Source of the DNA: Paraphysomonas bandaiensis
Taxonomy: Eukaryota; Protista; Chrysophyceae
Direction: 5' to 3'
Length of the DNA stretch: 64,000 nucleotides
NCBI GenBank assembly: GCA_965644295.1
Contig: CBFFRP010000094.1
Span: forward strand, 107,008-171,007
The notes beneath the pieces were generated by a model. That model had not been told where the DNA came from and searched no databases. It saw nothing but the letters and a program-made list of their open reading frames with translations. Shown here piece after piece: positions 51,901 to 64,000 of this stretch (position 1 is its first letter; each line of letters starts with the position of its first letter). Made by a program: the position numbers and the translations under genes.

Positions 51901-54900
51901 AACAGTCCACTCAATATGCGCCCAACTTCCTCCCCAACTCCCGGTGGACCCCGCTGTATCTAAATGAAGGTCCATGTACGCCGTCAAGTCAGCTGCCGCA
52001 TTTATTGAAGCACGTGGCTGTGTGAGGCTGTCTGGAGGTAGGATGATATTTGTCGAAGCATTCATTTTCGGGCAGTTATGATTGATATCGCCACATTTCG
52101 CGCCAACTACTCCGCCTACTAGTCTGACGGTGCTGTTCCGGGAAAATAAAATAGAACGATCCAAATCGCTCGATAATGTCACTTGTAACACTCTATCTGA
52201 TGTAAAGACACATATACTTTCCATTGCCACCTCAAATATAATGAATTGGGAACACGTAAAAGGCAACCTTTTGATGCCGTATCCTCGACCGCGATCCGTC
52301 GCAGAGTCGAAAGTAACCAACAAGCGCGACCCGTCTGCAGTAAGCTTCACGTTGTCAACAGATGGAGCAGAAACATGTGTACTGCTTTCGATTGACCGCA
52401 GTATAACATGATCACCACTGTAACTTCCTCCACTACTAATGCCATGTACATAATACAAGTCAGAGTTATGTCCAGATACGTTCAGTGATATATGAAGACA
52501 GCCCGCCTGATGCACTCCAATGTAAAACGACTTTGTGAGTACAGTGTCCGAGTCATTGAATTTTAGTGCAGAAGGAAATACGGCTGAGTAAGGCAACAAG
52601 TTTTCACTGTTTTCACAGATTCCGCTACTTCCATAATAAATAACAGGAGTAACTATTAAAAGAGAATCTACATGACGGGCTAATCTGATGACAATCTGCG
52701 CAGCAGAAGAGTTGGCTATCAAAATCTGATCGATGGACTCCAAATATATCACACTTTTCCCTTTCGTTCTGAGAAAACATGATTTCGTACCGCTGTAAAC
52801 TGCAGGGCTTCGAAGCACAGACGAATAATGTGTATTCAAGGAATGACTGACACAAAGAACTCTATATGCGGTTTGATTGTGCAGATTTAAAAATACGATT
52901 GTATGCGTTTCGTTACGCTGACTGTAGACTGTAAGAGATTTTCCATAAGCATATATTCGTTGATAAGTAGCTTTTGGTAGACCATCAGTGGCATCAAATG
53001 CTTGACAATAATATACGCCGCTTGTGGATGTGTTCAACGTCACCGTTATCGAATTCGCGGTCGTACTCCTACAAGTTTGTGTCCACTCGGGCCAAGTCTC
53101 GGAATATATCGTGCGGAATCCAATATAAGCAGCATAAGTACTTTTTTGAATAGCTGCTACGCTTGTGGGCAACGCTAAATTACGAGTACTATTGCATGGA
53201 CTGGTACAGTTTATACATAGCCGAACCGTCCCCCAATATTCACATGACTTCACCACCCATGACGCACCATTGCAAAGTACTGATGCATAAGAGTGATTCA
53301 ATAGTGCATTCCATATCGACACAACGTGTTCCGATGTGCTACAAGAGTAATGCAAACGTGTGAAGTGGCTCATCAAGCAACTTGAATTTTCTGCAACTAA
53401 CAAAGTTGTATCCATTGAAACAGGGACGTGGGCTCCATGCAAAGATCTTATCCGCTGTAAAAAGCTGCCCCATTTATGATTCAAGGTCACCCCATTGTGT
53501 GTATCGCTAGGTAGAACTTCATGGAAATTCAATTGATAGGCCCCTCTGTTGATCTCTGATGCAATTCGCGAACTAAGATAACTGCTGATATCGCAATCAG
53601 GTTCTAATATTCTTGTCGGCACCATGGACGGGGTTGCTAACGGTAATCCAGATGGAACTTCACTTGGCACAAACGTTGGACAAGGTGTGGGACGTACTGA
53701 TGGTAATCCAGATGGAACTTCACTTGGCACCACGGTAGGATAAGATGTGGGACGTACTGATGGTAATCCAGATGGAACTTCACTTGGCACCACGGTAGGA
53801 TAAGATGTGGGACGTACTGATGGTAATCCAGATGGAACTTCACTTGGCACAAACGTTGGACAAGGTGTGGGACATACTGATGGTAATCCAGATGGAACTT
53901 CACTTGGCACCACGGTAGGATAAGATGTGGGACGTACTGATGGTAATCCAGATGGAATGTCACTTGGCACAAATGTTGGACACAATGTGGGATGTACGGA
54001 CAGGAATCCAGATGAAACTTCACTTGGCACAAACGTTGGACAAGGTGTGGGACGTACCGATGGTAATCCAGACGGAACTTCACTTGGCACAAACGTTGGA
54101 CAAGGTGTGGGACGTACTGATGGTAATCCAGATGGAACTTCACTTGGCACCACGGTAGGATAAGATGTGGGACGTACTGACAGGAATCCAGATGGAACTT
54201 CACTTGGCACAAACGTTGGACAAGGTGTGGGACGTACTGATGGTAATCCAGATGGAACTTCACTTGGCACCACGGTAGGATAAGATGTGGGACGTACTGA
54301 TGGTAATCCAGATGGAACTTCACTTGGCACAAACGTTGGACAAGGTGTGGGACATACTGATGGTAATCCAGATGGAACTTCACTTGGCACCACGGTAGGA
54401 TAAGATGTGGGACATACTGATGGTAATCCAGATGGAATGTCACTTGGCACAAATGTTGGACACGATGTGGGATGTACGGACAGGAATCCAGATGGAACTT
54501 CACTTGGCACAAACGTTGGACACGATGTGGGACGTGCTGATGGTAATCCAGATGGAACTTCACTTGGCACCACGGTAGGATAAGATGTGGGATGTGCTGA
54601 CGGCAATCCAGATGGAACTTCACTTGGTGCCACAGTAGGATGTGTTGAGGGCATAGACGACAAGACCACAGTTGGGGCCGGCGAAGGATTGCTCGACGGA
54701 ATTACGGATGGCAATACCATCGGTAAATCTGAAGGTAAAGATGTTGGGAACCCTGTCGGATATATAGTTGGAGATGAGCTTTCGAAGTTATTGTCAAATT
54801 TTACTTTACATGCTATCGGTGATGTGACATGCAATTGTTCTCCAACAACTATATATGACACGAATTCTTGAGTCGAATGATAGTGCTCCTCCGTTGTACA

Positions 54901-57172
54901 CTGGTCTTCTTGTAATGATATCTGAAAATCTATCGAGGTCAGATTCCATGCTCGAAGGCTAGTTGCGGCACTCATACTTGTCACCGACGATACCATTCCA
55001 AACACTGACACAGTACGACTATATTCACCTTCAAGGGTGATGCTTGTCGATGCACTTGTCACAGAGCTATGTTGGCCCATTTCGAATGCAATACGCTCTA
55101 AACAATTCAAAACACCACTCCCTTGAAATGCCATGTACGCAAGGCCTTCAGCCGATGTCATATTGTAATATGATAAATCTTCTGAATCATGAGGAACCAA
55201 CACAAATCTCGAAAAACTGAGGGCGTTGATTAAAGCGCGTGATGACAAGAAACGATCATATACAAGGCTCTGAATTTGTTGAATGGATCCAACTGTTGTG
55301 CCGTCCTCAAAACGACAGGACTCTGTGGAAGACAAGCATCCCGTTGGATAGTTAAATCGAATGAAATTATAATTTCCGTTTGTGTTATCTTGGCGAGTAA
55401 TATCACCGCTTCCAACCATAAAATAAAACCCACTAACATTGAAGGCACCTTTCTCAACTACCATCCAAGATACCTCAAGTGTATCGGTAAGAGCACTTGG
55501 AATGTACCAATCTTTCGCACAATACGTGTCATTAGCATGATATAACTTCATCTCAAACGAAACATACGCAGAGGAAATTATATTTCTCACTCTAGGAACT
55601 AAAGGAGATTCGCTGTTCGCATAGGGTGGAATGCTTACAAATACAACAGCGTCGTTGAATCCACTTGTTTCAGTAACCACACTCACCCAGTATAGGTCAG
55701 AAGCATTCACTCGAGACACTTCCATCCATAACTCTGTCACAAAAGACTTTGATACCATGTCAATGACATCACCTGTCAAACATTTATAAATTATGATAGA
55801 TGCATCTACATTTACACGAACCAGCAGTCCCGGATGGTTGACTTGAAGTGGATGGCGACACACTAGGGGAGTTCGTAGGCTGGCTATATGGATTTGACGT
55901 CGGAAAGGTGGATGGGATGCTAGTTAAAAAAGTAGGAATTACCGATGGCGTAGCTGTGGGTACTGTTGTTACCCTCGAGGGCTCCACGGAAGGCATTTCA
56001 GTGAGCGCCATCGGCGTCGATGTTGGGCCCACGCTCGAAATTGATAAAGCCGATGGTAATGACGTAGGATTCATGAAGAGAGATTGGTGAAAAGCTGCAC
56101 ATTGTGTACATGATGACTTACTCTGTTCGCCCACGACCAACACAAATACAACCTCCAGTGTGCTGTGCACTGTCTCTTCATCCACACACTGGTCCTCCTG
56201 TGTTATTAACCCTGCGGTATTTATGGTCCGGGAAAAAGTCCGCAACCCCGTACAATCTGACAAACTTGTAGCGGTCCCCACAGTTCCGAATATACCAGGT
56301 AATGAAGAAAATGTGTGGTTGAAATCAAGCAGCTGAGCCACATCATTAACACCTGGGATTACGAATGCCTCTAATGCCAGGCCATCACTACAGGTTAGCA
56401 CAGTGCCAGATGAAAACGACATATAAGCCAATGTTTCACCTAAACTATTCATAGAGTAATAAGATGGATCAAGCGAGTCGTGGGGTTGTAAAACCGCTCG
56501 AAAAAAGCGGAGATTAACTACCTTGGTTCGTGGAATGAGAAGTCGATTGTATACCACTGTCTGAAGCTGCAGTATGACACCCACAGTAGAACCAACTGGG
56601 TAAGCGCAGCTTGCTTCTATTGCCTCACAGCCAGTAGGAAAATTAAACCGAATAAAATTATTAGAATTGGATATGTCATTATCTTCGCGAGTTATCGGCC
56701 CAATTCCGATTAGAAACATACTGTCTGATACATTGTATGCCCCATTCTCTGCGACAATCCATGCAAGCGATACAGCAGGGGTGACAGATTTCGGAATGTA
56801 CCATTCCTTCGAACAAAAACTGTCGTTCGCCTGATATAGTAGCGTTTCGAATGATACAATACCAGATAACACTTCGACATTTCGAACCCGCGGGATAACA
56901 GGAAACCCAGAGCTAGAAGTGTTTCCACCAATGTCTGGTAGGCTCACGAATACACTTGCGTTTTCAAACACATCTGCTGAGGACGTAACTAAAACCCACT
57001 CTTGGTCATCAACAAGAGTCACCCCAATATCTATCCAGGGAGAGGTTAACACTCTCTTGGATATCATATCGACGGGTGCATTGGAGGTGGCATTGTCACA
57101 ATCAGTTGTATTCAATGAATGCACAGACACTAACAGTCGAAAAATAAACAAAATAGCAATAGAGAGGAGCAT
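48964..57172 (-). CDS. ~2700-aa cell-surface protein: signal peptide, two duplicated ~310-aa domains, PS/PT mucin repeats, PKD/REJ region, single C-terminal TM
   Basis: Signal MLLSIAILFIFRLLVSVHS. A 49-nt GT-AG intron at 55773-55821 joins the two ORFs (TAG|DVIDM). REJ motif NEPPRSGDFRVDPTSG...FTLVASHWLDDHLPLRYSF. TM TILAVMSITIFLLAIWL. Confidence 0.8.
53637..54640. repeat. Coding 60-bp tandem repeat, ~17 units (PSEVPSGLPSVRPT-SY/PC-PT-VV/FV)
   Basis: Rows align with an exact 60-bp period. Confidence 0.97.
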
Positions 57173-57759
57173 ATTGAGGGCAGTGTGGGGGTCTAGGGGC
57201 CACTGGTGTACGGGCTGACAGATAGCACCATGCAGAGAGTCTTCTGCGATATCGTGACACACTGGAGCTGTTCTCTATCTGACGCCATTATCAACAGGAG
57301 AGCTACAAAATTCGACCCACACGAAGGGGGCTCGCAGGGTGACGCTCATCTTTGAGGCAGCTGATAGATTCAACATCACTGAACAACCGCCTCACCGCTC
57401 TGTACCGTATACCGTATACCGGTGTACCGTATCATTGAGTAGGATCTGCATGCAAATATCTGAAACGCTGGACGAACTCTACATGCTGCTGTACATGTAC
57501 AGTATTTGTGTATACAAAAATACATGTTTTCTAGCTAATCTCTCTAAAATACAGCTATTTTGTGCATTGGGAAATACTGTACATACAGTATCTGTATCTC
57601 TCCACTTTTCAACATGTACAGTAGAGTACGGTGGTATACCGATACAGTGTATCATGAAAGGCTTCATTTCTGTGGGCTGTAGGCTGTAGGATACCGTACC
57701 GTACCATGCATGTACTCCACCTCTCTGTCTTGTCCACTTTAAAACCACGCCTGTCGGAA

Positions 57760-58515
57760 ATGATCAGTGATACAGAGTCGCAGCTCATGAATGCTGCGAC
57801 TATAGTCTGTCTGCGACATGTGATGTCCGGTAAATCTCAAAACAATCGTAGATGGGAGGTGCTACTGGGACAAAATGAAGTGAAGAATTGGTTACGCTCA
57901 ACACCCGAAACAACCGTTATTATGAGGTACCCAGGAGAGTGGAAACTCCCTGGGGGGGTGAAAGATGTGTCAGATCAATCATTGCGGCATACTGCGGTGA
58001 GAGAGCTATGTGAGGAATTTATTGGTATTTCATGCCCGGACGATATACTATCAACAATGCTTCTGATAAACAAAAAGATTACCATGGCAATCAAAGGCAA
58101 ACAGTACTGCATGCATAACTTTGTGGCATTTGACGAATCTTGTCTTTGGAATAATGAGGAAATTGCGAAAGTCAATTTAAATTTGCAAGTTAAGCGTAGT
58201 ATTTTCGAGACACATCTCAAGGAAGGAACATTTTGGGATTTAAGTGACGCCAGCAAATATAATATATCTCCAGAAGTTCATAGTATCGCATGGGTTGATT
58301 TAGATGATGCGATTTCAATGATGGCCTCAGCACAAGAATTTCCACTGCGCTATGTGAATGAGTGGCAAGAGCAACAGTTTAGTGAGTACAGCATATCCCA
58401 ACGAGACCCTATGTATCAAACAATGATGATACTGCAAGAAATAAAAGATCTTGGAACGATTGAGGCTATCAAGGCAAAAGCGATAGCCTTTGAGCGCTTG
58501 CAATGTGACGTGTAG
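57760..58515 (+). CDS. Nudix hydrolase
   Basis: Nudix box GEWKLPGGVKDVSDQSLRHTAVRELCEEFIG. Confidence 0.85.
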   Translation: MISDTESQLMNAATIVCLRHVMSGKSQNNRRWEVLLGQNEVKNWLRSTPETTVIMRYPGEWKLPGGVKDVSDQSLRHTAVRELCEEFIGISCPDDILSTMLLINKKITMAIKGKQYCMHNFVAFDESCLWNNEEIAKVNLNLQVKRSIFETHLKEGTFWDLSDASKYNISPEVHSIAWVDLDDAISMMASAQEFPLRYVNEWQEQQFSEYSISQRDPMYQTMMILQEIKDLGTIEAIKAKAIAFERLQCDV

Positions 58516-59562
58516 TAGGATAGAATATAAGCAGATTCGATATGTATAAAGATTGGTTAACCACTAAACTAAGAGAAAAAAGCATGGAAAAAACGTAATT
58601 CTCCGGTATGATTCTTCTGCCTTTCATCTTGACGTAGCTAAACATATTTCCATACCTTGTCTTATTATATCCTCGTTTTCTCATCTTTTCATTTCACAGT
58701 AGTTCAGCCAACCTTAATAACTCTGTTCTCTCCACACAACACACAAACATAAACGACGTCGTTGTTATGTGCCCTCTTACCTTTTTCATAATGAACGATC
58801 AGAGTGTGTCTGAACATCATCATGCGCATTAAATTAGTAGTTTTCTTTCCTTCTTTCGTGTACACAAATAACCAAAAATTACTGAATTTGGCTCACCAAC
58901 TGAATCATATCTCCTCCTTCGTAGTTCCTCAACGACTACTCGCGATGATCTCTACACCACAAATACCCAGCTTTCTATTCTAAAATACACCTTTGAAGGA
59001 AATCCCTAGTTTAATATTATTTACCTAAATATCACTTACCATTATATGTATGCATTCCACCTCAATACTGTACGAGATATCATTCTATCGTAAACATCTA
59101 TTACGGCCGTTTATGGCGGCGGAACAGTCCTGCCCCATATCTGGCTTTTATGATAATATCACTATGCCATAATATCAATAATTTTTGCTCTTGAAATTGA
59201 AATAATTGAAATTGAGACAGAAAATAATAATTGCAAGTAAAGTTGAATACAACCTGTTTTAATTCATTGCAATTAATAAGACTATTTTTGATACTATCGA
59301 TTTGAGTTCGTATATTAATACACAGTACAAACTACACGTTGCTAGTAATATGTTCAAACTTACTCTAGAATATTCAACATGTTGGGTTCAAATGTATTCA
59401 TTCTAAAACATCATCGGGCTGCTGGAAAAACGTCACTGACATGCACCAAAGAGCAAACCCTTGCTGTTTTTGTTCATGGACCGACGCCGAAGTTGTTCAG
59501 GAGGTGCTACTTTACTGTGGTGTGCAGGATTAAGATGAAAACTCGGACATGGATTCACTGCT

Positions 59563-59990
59563 GTGTCGAACTCGCACCTTTTCGTGTTGTTCTGGGGGAT
59601 AAGTATTGGAGATATTTCTCCGGAAATATACTTAGTCAGCTAATAATGCTCTGCCCACTCACAGCCTAATGCTTGTGTGGTACAAGGGACGCTAATGTAA
59701 GTATCACCTGTGTAGAGTGTAGACGTCCTTGGGTCTTGACGAAGAAATAGGCATCCAGGGCGGGCTCACCTCAAGGACATCCGGGGTATTGGGCTGCCTG
59801 CTGAAGTCAAGCATCCGGGCTGTTCACCTTAAGGACTCAAGAATCCTGAAGTCAGGAGATGTCAGGTATATCAACATTCTGCTAGCTCACTGCGTTTGCT
59901 TAGAGTGATGGAGCGTTAGGGGTTGCACCTTGATGCTTGAGGCTTGAGGTGACACACAAGCAGCTTTCGTAGCATTAAATATTAGGATAT
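59563..59990 (-). mobile_element. Repeat family A+B composite copy
   Basis: Highly similar reverse complement of about 62720-63140. Confidence 0.85.
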
Positions 59991-60082
59991 CATAGTTACG
60001 CACTAGTTCGTTAAGTCGCAATGCTAAAATAATTGTATAAGCTGCTGTGCTGTCCGTCATGCTCCAGTGCACTGGATATCTC

Positions 60083-60361
60083 TCACTCTTCTTCATTCCC
60101 ATCTTGATGTTGAAGTGCCACACGCCTAAAAAAACTCAACACACACACATGTTTTTGTTGATGTTTTTGGTGTGTGCCAAAAAACAATATCCATTCGATC
60201 CAGCAGAAAGCAAAAAAATCCAGGCTTTTTTGATGCATGTTGTTTTTTGACGAATATATTTCAGAGAAATAACGAGAAATGGTCGATTTTTTTGCTGGAT
60301 CGACATATTCCGCTGGATTGACTATTTTAGAAAGGCAGGATTTTGGGAAATGTATAGTCAA
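60083..60361 (-). pseudogene. Possible hAT transposase N-terminal fragment
   Basis: KSTISRYF...FCWIEWI resembles the (I/Y)xWxEWI motif of oomycete-type hAT transposases. Confidence 0.4.
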
Positions 60362-61562
60362 TACATGTATTACATAATACAGTGAATGAGGTTATACATG
60401 TATGATGGGTGTATTTCATAATACAGCGGTATGTATTCTAGCTGTTGATATGGTTTGATACATACATGACATTACTATGAGATTACACGCATGAATAGAA
60501 GGTCTATAGCATCAGTAAAACAATGATCTCAGCTCTTCCGTAGACGTGTTTCGACGGAGTTGTGTGTATGGATCATATCCAAGGCGAGTTGTTCCTCCCT
60601 ATGATCTCAGAGACAACCATACAAGACCTATAGAGAGGTACACACGGAAAGGCTAAGAGCGCCCTCATTGCCCTCTTTATGTGTGTGGTACGACACATAG
60701 GATGGTAGAATAAGGTGAATACAGAACTTAAGCCACTACAGCTACCAGTATGGCTATGTATGATATATATATGGGGTAGGGGATGTACGCACTATATGTA
60801 TGTATATGTATATGTATGTGTTCCATTAAATATCTCACAGGATTAACATCAGTCTGTATGTACAGGACGATGAATACGACTGAGGGTGTCATATTTAGAT
60901 ATTACAAGTATGATATTTCAGCTGTGGATATACTGTGGAGAGGAATTATCGAAGAAGTCACACCACTTGAAGTCATCCACAGAAGACATGCAATGTATGT
61001 ATAATTGAATTGTATGATGATCATATATAGCTTCTTTTGTGTGATTAGTCCTATATGTTAAGCCTTATAGAATGTATATCACCAGTTAAATAATGTATGT
61101 ATAATATATATGTATGTATGCATGTAAGTATTTGCATCACTAACTTATAGGCTAAGAGGTGCGTATTAGTTGTGGCATGATGTATGTATTATAATATAGT
61201 AATGTATGATACTATGTATTACATACTATACCATTTATATGTGATAAATATGGTATAACATATTGCCAGCAAGAAGACACTGGGTGATATGTAATTGATG
61301 TAGGATGACGAAACATCCCAGACGTTTTCTTGGCAACAAGCTTCGGATATGCTGGGAGTGGAAGTGTAATTCGCGTGTTTAGTTGTGTGTGGTGGGAAAT
61401 CTCTATTACCCCATGTGTAATATAGTTATTAGTTACGTGTTAATATATTTGTTTTTCTGTATGATGTATGCTTCGCTCCATATAGTAATAATTTACTTTG
61501 AACTGCCGAACTATACCATTACTTTTACCTTTTAATTGTCTTTTAAAAAGTAGTACACGTGA

Positions 61563-61826
61563 CGCACTGTCATCTAAACTGTTTCATACACTTTCATATG
61601 AACCGTGGTATAAATGTCATCTGAATGATTATTGCATGCACTGTCATACGAAATGCCGATTTACGATTAACAGCGTGCACTGTCATCTGAACTGTTGCAT
61701 GCACTCTCATATGAACTGCCGATAAACTGTCATACGAAATGCCGACAAACTGTTGCGTGTACTGTCATCTAAACTATTGCATAAACTGTCATATGAACTG
61801 CCAATGGACTGTAATATGAACTGCCT
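61563..61826. repeat. Degenerate ~22-24-bp minisatellite (ACTGTCATMTGAACTG core)
   Basis: About 10-11 imperfect units immediately 5' of the hAT remnant. Confidence 0.75.
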
Positions 61827-61869
61827 CTATTTTACCGGATATTGCTTACTGAGTTGTAGAAATATTTTT

Positions 61870-62458
61870 TTCATCCAGAATGTAGTCACCTCCGTTACCA
61901 ATACATATGACCAAAAACTTCAATCAAAGTATCATTCGGAAACTCTTCAGAATGATAGTATGCGTCATCTGGGCGAGAATTAAGCTATTATTCATAACGC
62001 TGTCTTCGAAAAGGCATTCATGAAGATGCAAGGTGGCAATAAAGCTTCACTTACCCGGCCAACGGAAAAAAATCGCCGTTTGATGAGGAAGAAGTTAGTG
62101 ATGACAGTGAGGGTCTAGTTCAGAATGCCAACACAGCGCAGCAAATCGAGCACGCCTTGTCAAGCAATTGATACCGCAGTATGAAGCACTTGCATGCCAC
62201 AACCCATTAGGTTGAAAGATTATTCAGAAGAGCTAAGATTGTTATGACTGATTTGTACAAGAGTATGATTTCTCGGCATTTCGAGTTACTCATGCTTTTG
62301 CAGGTGAGTCGTCGCCTCTGGAATGAAATAGCAGCTGAGCAACTCATGCATAGCTTTATATGTACACATCGTTTAGTATCAATTAATTGCAATGCCAACA
62401 ATTGGGACAGCAAATAATAATTGCAGTTAAAATTGACAATTAATTTCACGCAGCTCTG
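61870..62458 (+). mobile_element. hAT transposase 3' remnant with right TIR
   Basis: IIHNAVFEKAFMKMQGG...YRSMKHLHATTH*VERLFRRAKIVMTDLYKSMISRHFELLMLLQVSRRLWNE; ends ACGCAGCTCTG. Confidence 0.75.
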
Positions 62459-62689
62459 ATACCTATGCAAGATCACAAACAATGCCGTATTATATACAAT
62501 ATTCACCTAGTACAACTCTGCCCACGATATCTTAGCAAATCAATAACGCTACTATACCTATTCATTAGATTACGGATTGATCAACTATTACATATATTCT
62601 AATTCTGATAAATTTGTATTTGTTGAACAGAAAGAGCTGAATAAAGGCATAGAATGATTACTGCAGAGGTAGTAGTGAAGGTGTTATCA

Positions 62690-63145
62690 TTAGCAATAGG
62701 CGTTCGAGAGTCTATGCTTAACTATGATATTCTAATATTTAACGCTACGAAAGCTGCTTGTGTGTCACCTCAAGCCTCAAGCATCAAGGTGCAACCCCTA
62801 ACGCTCCATCACTCTAAGCAAACGCAGTGAGCTAGCAGAATGTTGATATACCTGACATCTCCTGACTTCAGGATTCTTGAGTCCTTAAGGTGAACAGCCC
62901 GGATGCTTGACTTCAGCAGGCAGCCCAATACCCCGGATATCCTTGAGGTGGGCCCATTCCCGGATGCCTGTTTATTCGTCAAGACCCAGGGACGTCTACA
63001 CTCTACACAGGTGATACTTACATTAGCGTCCCTTGTGCCACACAAGCATTAGGCTGTGAGTGGGCAGAGCATTATTAGCTGACTATATATAAGCGGCTTA
63101 CGTTAGTTTCCCGGAGAAATAAAAAGGTGTGAGTCCGACTTTGTT
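62690..63145 (+). mobile_element. Repeat family A+B composite copy
   Basis: Inverted relative to 59563-59990; shares the family B core. Confidence 0.85.
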
Positions 63146-63608
63146 TAGGGTTATTGCAGAGCTGCTCTCTGGATTTTTGCTGTTTTATTCTAATGTATGT
63201 GAATTATGACTATTACTTCAAGAATACAGTAGTTATGAACAGTGCGTATTACATGAGCCAGTGGCGTGATAGAACTATTATAGAAGTGAAACTGAAATAC
63301 TTTAACTGTATAAGATTGGGTCTATCTAAGCTCTAATAATATTGTTCAGAGAAGAATATAAGTGTATCAAATACAAATAAATGAGAGATTTTGTTTAGAA
63401 TTTTTCTGAAGTATTACAGTTCTTATGGTACTCCTCCATCCTACTAATATGTCAAATGTTGATATTCTCAAATTTAAGGATATGAATGGATATGTGATTT
63501 AAAATTGCTTTACTGCAGAGCCAGGAGTCATATATACATGCACCTGTGCCCCATTAGGAACTGTGATTGCGTGTACTGTAGTTATTGGGTGGGAATATTG
63601 AGTTATGT

Positions 63609-63713
63609 TGTAACGGAAGTGGTTGCACCTTGGTGCTTGCGGCGACGCACAAGCAGCTTCTGTAGCGTTAAATAGTAGGATAATGGAATTTGTACGGATT
63701 AGTTATGGGTAGT
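63609..63713 (+). mobile_element. Repeat family B copy beginning TGTAACGG (LTR-like 5' end)
   Basis: Matches 40094-40195. Confidence 0.7.
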
Positions 63714-64000
63714 ATTGACAATTGCTCATTTTAAGCTAGAGATCACAGAGAGAATTTGTCGTAAGAAGACTAGATAGATTTATTAATATCGTTTACACGA
63801 AGTTGTGATAACCAACACTAACTCATTATAATCCCTGCATAATATCCTACATATATGCGAACCTCTCGTTACTGAACATATCTTGAAAGATCAAACTATT
63901 TCAGTTTCTCAATATCATCACAGCATTTGTACATCACTATATTTCACTGTATTCTCGTACATTGTCTTCAAGTGACATACTGAATATACTAGAATAAGAT

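Noticed and set aside
53637-54623. CRISPR-like array, or a second 328-aa repeat protein
   Set aside because: There are no unique spacers. It is an in-frame coding tandem repeat, and the other ORF is its alternate frame.
55773-55863. Apparent programmed frameshift or overlap between the 492-aa and 2299-aa ORFs
   Set aside because: Explained by a 49-nt GT-AG intron (55773-55821) that restores the frame.
1-64000. tRNA, rRNA or prokaryotic operon/defence system
   Set aside because: None recognised; the window is spliceosomal-intron-containing eukaryotic DNA.

Overview
This is eukaryotic nuclear DNA with short GT-AG introns of about 45-80 nt. It is probably from a stramenopile such as an ochrophyte or chrysophyte (inference from the histone sequences, a PT-repeat/REJ surface protein and oomycete-type hAT remnants). 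Host genes are: a kinesin-3-type C-terminus, a FYVE-DENND6-TM-3xFABP-like fusion, GCP5, NDUFS6, MFSD1, two H2A(X)/H2B pairs in a 2.4-kb inverted duplication plus an orphan H2B (all five with 3' histone stem-loops), a sulfotransferase-like gene, a membrane-anchored JmjC protein with an HxA (halogenase-type) iron site, a GT14 glycosyltransferase, kinesin-8, an intronless bacterial-like gene, a ~2700-aa REJ/mucin surface protein and a Nudix hydrolase. Nearly all complete genes sit in head-to-head pairs with start codons 0.3-0.8 kb apart. All three long (TATG)n arrays lie inside such bidirectional promoters, while transposon debris (hAT, LINE, LTR-like repeats) lies outside them, mostly in tail-to-tail gaps. 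The best candidates for new biology are the (TATG)n bidirectional-promoter architecture, the HxA JmjC putative halogenase paired with a glycosyltransferase, and the FYVE-DENN-FABP fusion. All homology calls come from motif recognition by eye, and exon boundaries are approximate.
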